Below are positions 1-7,935 of a stretch of 64,000 bases of DNA, one piece after another. Below the pieces are notes generated by a model. That model had not been told where the DNA came from, did no database searches, and saw only the letters and a list, made by a program, of their open reading frames with translations. Each line of letters begins with the position of its first letter. Position 1 is the first letter of the stretch. The position numbers were made by a program, and so were the translations under genes. This DNA comes from an uncultured Solibacteraceae bacterium (GTDB lineage: Bacteria > Acidobacteriota > Terriglobia > Bryobacterales > Bryobacteraceae). Location of the stretch: NCBI GenBank assembly GCA_964515165.1, contig CAZETQ010000003.1, forward strand, positions 50,685-114,684, read 5' to 3'.

Positions 1-404
1 TCCATGACGAACGACTCCGGCGTGACCTGGGCTCCAAACTTGTCGGCCACCAGGTTGCCGTCGTCTTTATAGACCGGGAAGGCAAATCCGGAGCTCTTGG
101 CATGCGAAGCAACCGCATCGGCCGGTTCGGTCGAATTCGAATTCACGAAAATGAACTTCACGCCCTTCTTCGAGTAGTCGTTGTAGACCGCATTCATCCG
201 GTCGTTGTAATCGTTCGAAACCGGGCACTGCACCGAAACCCAGGTCACCACCGTTACATCCCCCTTCAGGGAGTTGTAGCTGACTTTCTTGCCCTGCAGA
301 TCCTGGAGGGTGAAATCGCCCACCGTACTGCCAAGCTTGAATTCCTGCGCGGAAGCCGAAAGGGTAAGCAAAACGGCCGCCGAGAGCGTGAGAAATCGAT
401 TCAT
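1..404 (-). CDS. Secreted thioredoxin-fold redoxin (TlpA / AhpC-TSA-like); C-terminus lies beyond the window edge
   Basis: Not in ORF track because it runs off the window. Reverse complement from ATG (rc of 402-404) reads MNRFLTLSAAVLLTLSASAQEFKLGSTVGDFTLQDLQGKKVSYNSLKGDVTVVTWVSVQCPVSNDYNDRMNAVYNDYSKKGVKFIFVNSN... This gives a signal peptide plus a redoxin layout. The active-site position reads CPVS (one Cys). AGGAG lies 7 nt upstream. Confidence 0.6.
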   Translation of the reverse strand, partial: MNRFLTLSAAVLLTLSASAQEFKLGSTVGDFTLQDLQGKKVSYNSLKGDVTVVTWVSVQCPVSNDYNDRMNAVYNDYSKKGVKFIFVNSNSTEPADAVASHAKSSGFAFPVYKDDGNLVADKFGAQVTPESFVM

Positions 405-414
405 CGCCGGACTC

Positions 415-819
415 CTATTTCTTCGGTTCTAGCTTGAGGTTGAGGATTACCTGTTTGCGCGAATCAAAGACGCTGATGGTCCTTGTCGGGCTGGACAGGT
501 CTTTGTGGTCGGCCTTAATCTCGTAATCGACATCCTTACGAAGGCCGCCGAAGCGGAATTTCCCGTCTGACTTAGTGATAAACGATCGAACTTGCAGGGT
601 CTTTAGATTCTTCAGCTTGACGATGGCCCCGTCGGCGGGATTGTCGTCCTGGCCTTTCACCTGGCCCTCGACGGAACGGCCATTCGGATCGTCGTCTTTC
701 TCGCGGTCGCCCTTAAACAGCGGCGGCGGGGCATCGGGAGGTTTCTGGGGCTGCTGCCCCCACAGGCCGCCGGCAATTCCCGCAAGTAACAGGCCCGCCA
801 ACATCCGGAACTTGGTCAT
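415..819 (-). CDS. Small secreted carboxypeptidase-regulatory-like (CarboxypepD_reg) domain protein
   Basis: 134-aa ORF with signal peptide MTKFRMLAGLLLAGIAGGLWG, a Pro/Asp-rich linker, then a beta-rich module (GQVKG..DGAIVKLKN..TKSDGKFRFGGL..YEIKA) typical of CarboxypepD_reg Ig-like domains. 4-nt overlap with the upstream gene. Confidence 0.6.
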   Translation of the reverse strand: MTKFRMLAGLLLAGIAGGLWGQQPQKPPDAPPPLFKGDREKDDDPNGRSVEGQVKGQDDNPADGAIVKLKNLKTLQVRSFITKSDGKFRFGGLRKDVDYEIKADHKDLSSPTRTISVFDSRKQVILNLKLEPKK

Positions 820-1160
820 TTCTCGTTCTCCAGCAGGAAGGTGACATCCACTCGCTCATCCGCCTGCACGGACACGGGCTTAGATTCCGTCTTAAAACCC
901 GCAGCCTTTACAGTCACAGTATAGCGAACGGGCTTTGCAGGCACCCGAAACGTAAATTCGCCCCGGGAACTCGACTTCGTCCTCTGGACCTTCCCTCCGT
1001 CGGGCTGCAGAAGAACGTCCGCTCCCGCCATGGCGTGGCCTGTCGGACGAAAAACGGTCCCATAGATTAATGCGTGTTCATCTGCCACGCCGGGAACGGC
1101 GCAAACCAGGAGAAGAAATACCGTGAGGAGTCTACCAGTCCTCTTCCTCGCTTTCCTCAT
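816..1160 (-). CDS. Small secreted carboxypeptidase-regulatory-like domain protein
   Basis: The ORF track gives 816-1346, but the upstream part is a shadow of the acidic-tail gene. ATG at 1160 gives MRKARKRTGRLLTVFLLLVCAVPGVA (signal peptide), followed by IYGTVFRPTGHAMAGADVLLQ..SSSRGEFTFRVP..YTVTVKAAGF (CarboxypepD_reg pattern). Confidence 0.6.
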   Translation of the reverse strand: MRKARKRTGRLLTVFLLLVCAVPGVADEHALIYGTVFRPTGHAMAGADVLLQPDGGKVQRTKSSSRGEFTFRVPAKPVRYTVTVKAAGFKTESKPVSVQADERVDVTFLLENEK

Positions 1161-1383
1161 CCTCGTCGAACTCCTCTTCGTCCTCGTCTTCATCCTCGTC
1201 GTCATCGTCGTCGAAGTCGGCGTCGCCGGTCTTCTCGCCGTCTCCGGCAGATTCCAGCTCAATCGGGTCCGAGCTGGCGACTCGGACCGCACCGCCGCAC
1301 TCGTCGCAGGTGAACTCATCACCCTCGTCGAGTTCTTCTTCGTCATAGTCCAAATCGGCGTTGCAGAGCGGGCAGATTACCAT
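1132..1383 (-). CDS. LysW-like zinc-ribbon protein with long poly-Asp/Glu C-terminal tail
   Basis: 83 aa. C4-x2-C7-x18-C26-x2-C29 ribbon (MVICPLCNADLDYDEEELDEGDEFTCDECGGAVRVASSDPIELE), then a tail that is almost entirely D/E and ends SEEEDW. Strong RBS GGGAGGAAA 6 nt upstream of the ATG. Confidence 0.6.
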   Translation of the reverse strand: MVICPLCNADLDYDEEELDEGDEFTCDECGGAVRVASSDPIELESAGDGEKTGDADFDDDDDEDEDEDEEEFDEDEESEEEDW

Positions 1384-1492
1384 CGCGTTTCCTCCCTAAG
1401 GGGTCTGAACTCGTTGTACAAAATGGCGCGCATGGAAAGCAAACGGCGGGCGTGAAATATAGTTTTTTTTCACCATAGCGAATTGCCGATTG

Positions 1493-2503
1493 TCATTTCA
1501 CCAGCATGCAATCGCCGTAGCTGAAGAAGCGGTAGCCCCTATCGACGGCGTGGCGATAGGCGGACAGAATCAGTTCGGTTCCTCCGAACGCGCAGACCAG
1601 CATCAGCAGGCTCGATTCGGGCAGATGAAAATTCGTTAGCATCGCATCGGTCAGTAGAAATTCCGCCCCGGGATAAAGAAACAGATTTGTTTTCCCCGAC
1701 AGTTCCCCGGATCGCGCCAAAGTTTCCAGAGTTCGCACGCTGGTGGTACCGACTGCGACGCGGCGCCGGGCGTCGCGAATTTTTTTCTCCATATCTCCGG
1801 ATACCGAATACCGCTCGTCGTGCAGGCGAGCCTCTTCCACTACCTCTGTCCGGAGCGGAGCAAATGTACCCAGCCCGACATGCAGCGTCACCCGCGCCGT
1901 ATCGGCTCCGGCGGCGCGGCATCGTTCCAGGATCTCCGGCGTGAAGTGCAGTCCCGCGGTTGGAGCGGCCGCCGAGCCAGGCTCTCTGGAATACACGGTC
2001 TGGTAGCGCTCGCGATCGCCTGCCGTATCCTCACGCCGGATATAGGGGGGCAGCGGCATGTGGCCCAGGCGGTCGATGGCGGCATCGATATCGGCGTCGC
2101 CCAGCATCCGGATCGTCCGCTCTCCGCGATCGCCGGTTCCGGTCACGATCGCCCCTAGCGTCTCATCGAAGGTGATGACTGCGCCTTCGTGCAGACGGCG
2201 TCCGGGCCGTACCAGCGCTCGCCACAGCCTCTTGTCGGCGGACAGCGATTCCAGCAGCAGGACCTCAACCGTGCCGGTTCCTCCGGCGCGGGTTCCGTAA
2301 AGCCGCGACGGCCGCACTCGCGTATCGTTCATCACCAGACAGTCGCCATTTCGCAGAAACTCCGGGAAGTCGCGGAAGCTGCGATCCTCCCATCTCTGCG
2401 CCGCCCGGTCCACCACCAGCATGCGGGAATCGTCGCGCCGGGGCAGGGGAACTTGCGCAATCAGACGCGGCGGAAGATCAAAATGAAACTCGGAAACCTT
2501 CAA
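1493..2503 (-). CDS. queA: S-adenosylmethionine:tRNA ribosyltransferase-isomerase
   Basis: 336 aa. N-terminus MKVSEFHFDLPPRLIAQ and the overall sequence are typical of QueA. Confidence 0.9.
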   Translation of the reverse strand: MKVSEFHFDLPPRLIAQVPLPRRDDSRMLVVDRAAQRWEDRSFRDFPEFLRNGDCLVMNDTRVRPSRLYGTRAGGTGTVEVLLLESLSADKRLWRALVRPGRRLHEGAVITFDETLGAIVTGTGDRGERTIRMLGDADIDAAIDRLGHMPLPPYIRREDTAGDRERYQTVYSREPGSAAAPTAGLHFTPEILERCRAAGADTARVTLHVGLGTFAPLRTEVVEEARLHDERYSVSGDMEKKIRDARRRVAVGTTSVRTLETLARSGELSGKTNLFLYPGAEFLLTDAMLTNFHLPESSLLMLVCAFGGTELILSAYRHAVDRGYRFFSYGDCMLVK

Positions 2504-2520
2504 GTTGACAAAATAGCAGT

Positions 2521-3591
2521 GTGGGCCGCTTGATCCTCGGAATCGAATCCTCCTGCGATGAAACCGCGGCCGCGGTCGTCGAAGACGGAGAACGAATTGT
2601 GGGCTCGGCGGTAGCCTCGCAATTGGATGTGCACGGCAAGTACGGCGGAGTCGTTCCGGAACTGGCGTCGCGCGAACATCTGCGGGCTATCGTGCCCGTT
2701 GTCCGCGAAGCCATGGGCTCTCTGAAATTTTCGGAGCTCTCCGCGGTGGCCGTTACCGAAGGTCCAGGGCTGGTCGGTTCGTTGCTGGTGGGCATCACCT
2801 ACGCCAAATCGATCTCCTTCGCGCACCGGCTGCCCCTGATCGCCGTCAATCACATCGAGGGTCACATTCACGCTGTCGTGATGGAGCATCGGCGAGATCT
2901 GGTCTTCCCCGCGCTGGCCCTGGTGGTCAGCGGCGGACATACGCATCTGTTCGCCATTGATGACGGCTGGCACTATCGCCTGCTGGGGCGCACGCGGGAC
3001 GATGCCGCGGGTGAAGCCTTCGACAAGGTGGCCAAGCTTCTCGGTTTCGGCTATCCTGGCGGTCCGGTCATCGATCGGCTGGCGCCGTTCGGAAATCCGG
3101 CGGCGGTACGATTCACTCCGCCCAATATGAAGGGCAACGCGCGCGATTTCAGTTTTTCCGGAATCAAGACGGCGGTCCGCTACTGGGTCGCCGATCGCGC
3201 CATGGAGGAAGAAATCGCCGGCCGCCGGCGGCTGCTCTCCGAAACGCCGCGACCCACGCTGGAGCAATGGCTCGTGGTGACGCCAAAGGAGACTCTCGAC
3301 CTGCTGGCCAGCTTCCAGCATTCCGTCGTCGAAGATTTGCTCCGGCGAGCCGGACGCGCGGCACGGGACATCGATGCCAAGTCGATGATCGTCTCCGGCG
3401 GCGTCGCCTGCAATTCCGGCCTTCGCCGCGCGGCAAACGAGAAGCAATTTCGATTTCCGGTATTTTTTCCGCAAGCCGCGCTCTCCACCGACAACGCCGT
3501 GATGATTGCCGCCGCTGCTTTTCCCAAGCTCGCCGCGGGCCAACTGGCGGGATTCGATTTGAAGGCCAAAGCGAGCCTGAGTCTGGCATAA
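2521..3591 (+). CDS. tsaD: tRNA N6-adenosine threonylcarbamoyltransferase
   Basis: 356 aa, GTG start. [17 protein letters not shown]-terminal motif and Kae1/TsaD layout throughout. Confidence 0.9.
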   Translation: MGRLILGIESSCDETAAAVVEDGERIVGSAVASQLDVHGKYGGVVPELASREHLRAIVPVVREAMGSLKFSELSAVAVTEGPGLVGSLLVGITYAKSISFAHRLPLIAVNHIEGHIHAVVMEHRRDLVFPALALVVSGGHTHLFAIDDGWHYRLLGRTRDDAAGEAFDKVAKLLGFGYPGGPVIDRLAPFGNPAAVRFTPPNMKGNARDFSFSGIKTAVRYWVADRAMEEEIAGRRRLLSETPRPTLEQWLVVTPKETLDLLASFQHSVVEDLLRRAGRAARDIDAKSMIVSGGVACNSGLRRAANEKQFRFPVFFPQAALSTDNAVMIAAAAFPKLAAGQLAGFDLKAKASLSLA

Positions 3592-5471
3592 TGCCGGGCA
3601 TGCTTCGCGCAACTCTCTCGTGCATTCTCTGTGCCTCGCTCCACGCGGCGGTGACGCGGGTGGAACTCGTCGAACGGACCGACTATGCGAACGGACGCGA
3701 GTTTCCCAAAGTGGGAATTTACGAGCAGATCCGCGCGAAGGCGTACTTCGAGGTGGACCCGAACCTGCCGCAGAACAAGATCATCGTGGACCTCGGACTC
3801 GCGGCGCGGAACGCGCGAGGGATGGTCGAATTCTCCGCGGATGTCGTCGTGCTCAAGCCAACCGATACCTCCCGCGGCAACGGCACGATTCTGTTCGAAG
3901 TCTCCAATCGCGGAGGCCGGGGAGCGTTCAATCAGTTCCACCGTGCAACGGATCAATTCCTGATGGAGCAGGGCTTCACCGTAGCGTGGTGCGGCTGGCA
4001 ATGGGACATTCCATCGCAGAATGTCGAAGGCCTGCGGCTTTATCCTCCGGTCGCGACCGACAACGGCAAGCCGATTCGCGGCCCGGTTCGGGCCGAATGG
4101 GTGCCGCCCGCTCGCGCGACGAAAATGTGGCTGGGCGATCGCAATCACGTCGCATATCCGGTCGTGGAGGGCGGCAAATTGACCATGCGATTGACCGGAG
4201 ACGGCGAGCGCCGCGAAATTCCCGCCAGTGCCTGGAAACTCGCGGACCAGGGGCAGGCAATCGAGATGGCGGCCGGTTTTGAGCCCGGCAAGATTTACGA
4301 ATTCGTCTATACCTCGGAAAATCCGCGCGTCGCCGGCCTGGGACCCGCCGCGATTCGCGACTTCGTGACGTTTCTCAAAAACGGCGGCAGTCAGACGGAT
4401 TTGCTGGCCGAGGAGCGCCGCTATCTGAAACGAGTCATCGGGTTTGGAACCTCGCAAAGCGGACGATTTCTCCGCAAGTTTCTCTATGACGGTTTCAATG
4501 CCGACGAAAAGGGCCGGAAAGTTTTCGATGCCGTGTGGGCGCATGTCGCCGGCGCCGGCCGGGGCAGTTTCAACCACCGCTTCGCGCAGGCTTCTCGCGA
4601 CGGACACGCGATGATGAACTTCTTTTATCCGACGGATCTTGCTCCATTCGGGGACGACGCAATTCTCAGGAAATCACGGGAAAGCAACGTCGTTCCCAGG
4701 GTCTTTTACACCGATGGATCTTACGAATATTGGGGACGGGAATCGGCCCTCACCACGGTGACTCCCGACGGCTCCCGGGACGTCGCTCTTCCCGCGGAGG
4801 TTCGGCGCTTCTATCTGACGGGCACACAGCATGGGGCGGGCCAGTTTCCGCCGCGCAAGACACCCGGCACGGAGTTTCCGGCGAATTCCAACGACTATCG
4901 CTTCGCCATGCGGGCGCTGCTGTTGGGCCTGAATCGCTGGATCACCATCGACCGCCAGCCGCCGCAATCGGCCTATCCGACCCTGGCGGCGGGAGATTTA
5001 GTCTCCTTCGACAAAGTGCAGTTCCCGGTCGCCGGCGTGAAAGCGCCATCCTCACCGCATCGCACCCACCTTCTCGACTTCGGTCCGGAGTTCGAGTCGA
5101 GCGGCATTGTCACCAAGGAACCGCCGGAGGTGGGCAAAGCCTTTCCGGTGCTGGTTCCCCAATTGGGCCCCGACGGGAACGAGCGCGGCGGCATCCGCCT
5201 GCCGCAAATCGCCATTCCGCTGGCAGCCTACACTGGCTGGAACTATCGCACCGCCGACATCGGCAGCGCGGGCCAGCTTTTCGACATGGTCGGCGCGACG
5301 TTCCCATTTCCCAAATCGCGAATTGCAGAGATCTACAAAGGCAAAGAGGACTATCTGGCCAGGACCCTCGCCGCGGCCCGCGCGCTGGTGAAACAGGGTT
5401 ATCTTCTCGAAGAAGACCTGATGGAGATCATGGATCGCGCCGCAGCTCAGTGGGGCGCGCTGGCACAATAG
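3591..5471 (+). CDS. Secreted alpha/beta-hydrolase-like protein, uncharacterised family
   Basis: The ORF track's 3267 start overlaps tsaD. ATG at 3591 overlaps the tsaD stop (TAATG) and gives [20 protein letters not shown] (signal-like). GFGTSQSGRFL resembles a G-x-S-x-G nucleophile elbow. No named family recognised with certainty. Confidence 0.6.
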   Translation: MPGMLRATLSCILCASLHAAVTRVELVERTDYANGREFPKVGIYEQIRAKAYFEVDPNLPQNKIIVDLGLAARNARGMVEFSADVVVLKPTDTSRGNGTILFEVSNRGGRGAFNQFHRATDQFLMEQGFTVAWCGWQWDIPSQNVEGLRLYPPVATDNGKPIRGPVRAEWVPPARATKMWLGDRNHVAYPVVEGGKLTMRLTGDGERREIPASAWKLADQGQAIEMAAGFEPGKIYEFVYTSENPRVAGLGPAAIRDFVTFLKNGGSQTDLLAEERRYLKRVIGFGTSQSGRFLRKFLYDGFNADEKGRKVFDAVWAHVAGAGRGSFNHRFAQASRDGHAMMNFFYPTDLAPFGDDAILRKSRESNVVPRVFYTDGSYEYWGRESALTTVTPDGSRDVALPAEVRRFYLTGTQHGAGQFPPRKTPGTEFPANSNDYRFAMRALLLGLNRWITIDRQPPQSAYPTLAAGDLVSFDKVQFPVAGVKAPSSPHRTHLLDFGPEFESSGIVTKEPPEVGKAFPVLVPQLGPDGNERGGIRLPQIAIPLAAYTGWNYRTADIGSAGQLFDMVGATFPFPKSRIAEIYKGKEDYLARTLAAARALVKQGYLLEEDLMEIMDRAAAQWGALAQ

Positions 5472-5478
5472 TAGTTGG

Positions 5479-6285
5479 ATGAATCCTCACGCTGCCCAGC
5501 AGCCGCCTCCCCAGGCACCAATCACGGGAATCCGGCATATCCTCGCCGTCGGTTCCGGAAAAGGCGGGGTTGGAAAGACCACCGTCTCCGTCAATCTCGC
5601 CCTGGCGCTCGCCAGTTCCGGCCACCAGGTCGGCCTTCTCGATGCCGATGTGTATGGGCCGAACGTGCCCACGATGCTCGGCGTGCAGGAGGCGCCCGCC
5701 GGTTCGAACGATCAGATCATGCCCATCCAGAAGCATGGCCTGAAGGTGATGTCGATGGGATTTCTGTCGCCGGGGGACAAGCCGCTGATCTGGCGCGGCC
5801 CGATGCTCCATTCGGTGATGCAGCAGTTTCTCCGCAAAGTCGTCTGGGGAATTCTGGACTACCTGATTATCGATCTACCGCCGGGCACGGGAGATGTTCA
5901 ACTCTCGCTGCTGCAGACGACAGCGCTCACCGGAGGAATCATCGTCACAACACCTTCGGCGGTGTCGCTGGAAGACGCGCGCAAAGCAATCCTGATGTTT
6001 CAGCAGTTGCGGGTGCCGGTGCTGGGCATTGTCGAGAACATGAGCGGCGGCGCGTTCGGTGCCGGCGGAGGCAAGAAGACGGCAGAGGCGTTCCAGGTTC
6101 CCTTTCTGGGCGCGCTGGCGTTGAACCCGGCGGTTTGCGAAGGCGGGGACACCGGACAACCCGTCGCCATCCGGGGCGAAAGCGACGGGACCGCATTGCC
6201 CTTCTATGATCTCGCCCGAACGGTCGTGAATCGGGTTGAGGTGGAAGGCGGTCCCAAAGGGCCAACCGTCGTCGTTACGGACTAG
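5479..6285 (+). CDS. apbC: Mrp/ApbC/NBP35-family P-loop ATPase (short form; canonical CxxC segment not visible)
   Basis: 268 aa. Deviant Walker A AVGSGKGGVGKTT, then DADVYGPN and DYLIIDLPPGTGD motifs of the Mrp/MinD superfamily. The ENMS-x-CxxC-G region reads ENMSGGAFGAGGG. Confidence 0.8.
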   Translation: MNPHAAQQPPPQAPITGIRHILAVGSGKGGVGKTTVSVNLALALASSGHQVGLLDADVYGPNVPTMLGVQEAPAGSNDQIMPIQKHGLKVMSMGFLSPGDKPLIWRGPMLHSVMQQFLRKVVWGILDYLIIDLPPGTGDVQLSLLQTTALTGGIIVTTPSAVSLEDARKAILMFQQLRVPVLGIVENMSGGAFGAGGGKKTAEAFQVPFLGALALNPAVCEGGDTGQPVAIRGESDGTALPFYDLARTVVNRVEVEGGPKGPTVVVTD

Positions 6286-6300
6286 TCTTGCGCAGGCCAC

Positions 6301-6333
6301 GTGGGGCAGATCATCGTTTTTCGTGATCTGCCC
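6301..6333. repeat. Conserved hairpin element, copy A (GTGGGGCAGATCA-loop-TGATCTGCCC)
   Basis: Perfect 10-bp stem GGGCAGATCA/TGATCTGCCC with loop TCGTTTTTCG, in the convergent gap between apbC and the Anbu gene. Near-identical copy at 58033-58065. Degenerate copy at 18111-18153. Confidence 0.75.
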
Positions 6334-6374
6334 AGGATCCTCGTGAACGCGAATCTTAGCCCGGCCATAACAAA

Positions 6375-7130
6375 CTATCCCGACGGCGGCCCCTTCGCTT
6401 CCTCCGTATAGAGTTTCGAGAACGCCGCCTCGATCCAATCGGACGGCAGCTCGTCCACAGCGTTGCGCATTCGCTTCTGCCACCACTGCGAAATATGGCG
6501 CAGGTCATCCCGGTCGTAGCGATGCTCGATGATGCGATACGACCCTTTCATGTAGAGCATCAGATCGACCGGGTAATCGACATCGGCGGCGCAGCGCTGC
6601 GTGGCGTCAAAGGCGAGAATGCCAACCTTGAATGCGTAGGCCATCGAGTCGCGATAGGACAGAGATCGATCCAGGATCGGCTTTCCGAAACCGGAATTCC
6701 CGATGATCTGGAACGGCGTGTCCGGTCCGATCTCCACCCAGTTGCCTTCGGCGTAAACCAGGTATAGGCGATGCACAGAGTCGCCGGACATTTGCCCGCC
6801 GATCAACGTGTGAATGTTGAAGCGCATGTCGGAGGCGCGAAGCACCGCCCCATCTTCTTCCTGCACGCGCCGAACCGTCGCGGCGTAAAGGTTGACAACT
6901 TTGAACAAGCGGTCGCGAACCTGTGTTTGCTTGGCAAAGGCCTCTTCGAACAGCAGCAAAGTCTTGTCGCGCAGCGACCGCAGCCCCGAAGTCATGATGA
7001 AGAACGAGAATCCGGGGCCCTGGTAAGCGCTCGATTTCTTGGCGATCAGCGCTTCGTGGCCGGCAAGGAGCCGGGTGTCGGCGATTCCCACAAGCCCGTC
7101 CTCAACGGCAATCCCGAGACAGAATGTCAT
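6375..7130 (-). CDS. Proteasome-type Ntn peptidase, Anbu-like
   Basis: 251 aa beginning MTFCLGIAVEDGLVGIADTR (Thr2 as candidate N-terminal nucleophile). Length and pattern match bacterial Anbu-type proteasome beta-subunit homologues. A transglutaminase-like gene lies nearby. Confidence 0.65.
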   Translation of the reverse strand: MTFCLGIAVEDGLVGIADTRLLAGHEALIAKKSSAYQGPGFSFFIMTSGLRSLRDKTLLLFEEAFAKQTQVRDRLFKVVNLYAATVRRVQEEDGAVLRASDMRFNIHTLIGGQMSGDSVHRLYLVYAEGNWVEIGPDTPFQIIGNSGFGKPILDRSLSYRDSMAYAFKVGILAFDATQRCAADVDYPVDLMLYMKGSYRIIEHRYDRDDLRHISQWWQKRMRNAVDELPSDWIEAAFSKLYTEEAKGPPSG

Positions 7131-7167
7131 CCCCTACAATTTAGCGCGTGGATGTTTCGGCAGTCCG

Positions 7168-7827
7168 CTATAACGCTTCGGCGAACGCGCGAAATAATTT
7201 TCGCTGTTCGATATCGGTTTGAACTTGATCTTCCGGGTGCCATTGCACCGCGACCATGAATCGCTGCGAGGGACGCTCGATGGCCTCGATCGTTCCGTCG
7301 TGCGGATCCCGGGCCGAAATGCGCAGCCCTTCGCCGAGCTTTGCCAGCGCCTGGTGATGCCTTGAATTCACCTGCCACTGGTCCCGCCCCGCGATTTGCG
7401 AAAGCAGGGTTCCCGGCTCGATTCGAACCGGGTGAGCGGCCTGACCCGGATTGTCCGGCGTTCTCCGGCGATGCCGGCCGGTATCATCCAGGTGCTGAAC
7501 GAGCGTGCCGCCCAAATGAACATTCAACATTTGCATGCCGCGGCAAATGGCCAGAACCGGTACATCGTGGGCGATAGCGTGGCGAAGAAGGTCCGACTCG
7601 GCCACATCGCGTTCGTCGTCGGGCGGGTCTGTCTCCCGATGCGGCGCCTCGTTGTAACGGAAGGGGTTCACATCGGTTCCACCTAATAGCAGAAGACCGG
7701 AACATCCGTCCCACGCTATGCATCCGGAGACATTTGCCAATACGGGGTGAAGATTCACCATCTCCAGCGCGCGGACGTAGGGTGCGGTCCGGTCCAGCTC
7801 ACGATAGGGAACAAGGATTTTCGCCAA
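7168..7827 (-). CDS. Class-I glutamine amidotransferase / gamma-glutamyl hydrolase (peptidase C26, PuuD-like)
   Basis: 219 aa. LLLLGGTDVNP, the nucleophile elbow AICRGMQMLN, and the VQWHPE His-Glu motif. Confidence 0.8.
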   Translation of the reverse strand: MAKILVPYRELDRTAPYVRALEMVNLHPVLANVSGCIAWDGCSGLLLLGGTDVNPFRYNEAPHRETDPPDDERDVAESDLLRHAIAHDVPVLAICRGMQMLNVHLGGTLVQHLDDTGRHRRRTPDNPGQAAHPVRIEPGTLLSQIAGRDQWQVNSRHHQALAKLGEGLRISARDPHDGTIEAIERPSQRFMVAVQWHPEDQVQTDIEQRKLFRAFAEAL

Positions 7828-7935
7828 TTGACTCCGTCGACTACACTTCTATTAGAACTGTCAGCCCTGGCTGACTCCTTGCCTCGTCTGCAAGCGGCTT
7901 TTGGCGAGCAGAAGCAGGAGGCGAAGCGTCCCAAT

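Noticed and set aside
1160-1260. Periodic GAnGAn run as a tandem repeat or array
   Set aside because: It is the coding sequence of the poly-Asp/Glu tail, which makes it low-complexity coding DNA. There are no spacers or unit boundaries.
2500-4607. Long minus-strand ORFs 2500-3612 (370 aa) and 3180-4607 (475 aa)
   Set aside because: They are antisense to tsaD and to the hydrolase-like gene. The composition is low-complexity and Arg/Gly/Pro-rich, with no motifs.
7405-7430. tRNA T-arm-like string GGCTCGATTCGAACCGG
   Set aside because: It lies inside the amidotransferase CDS, and no acceptor, D or anticodon arms can be folded around it.
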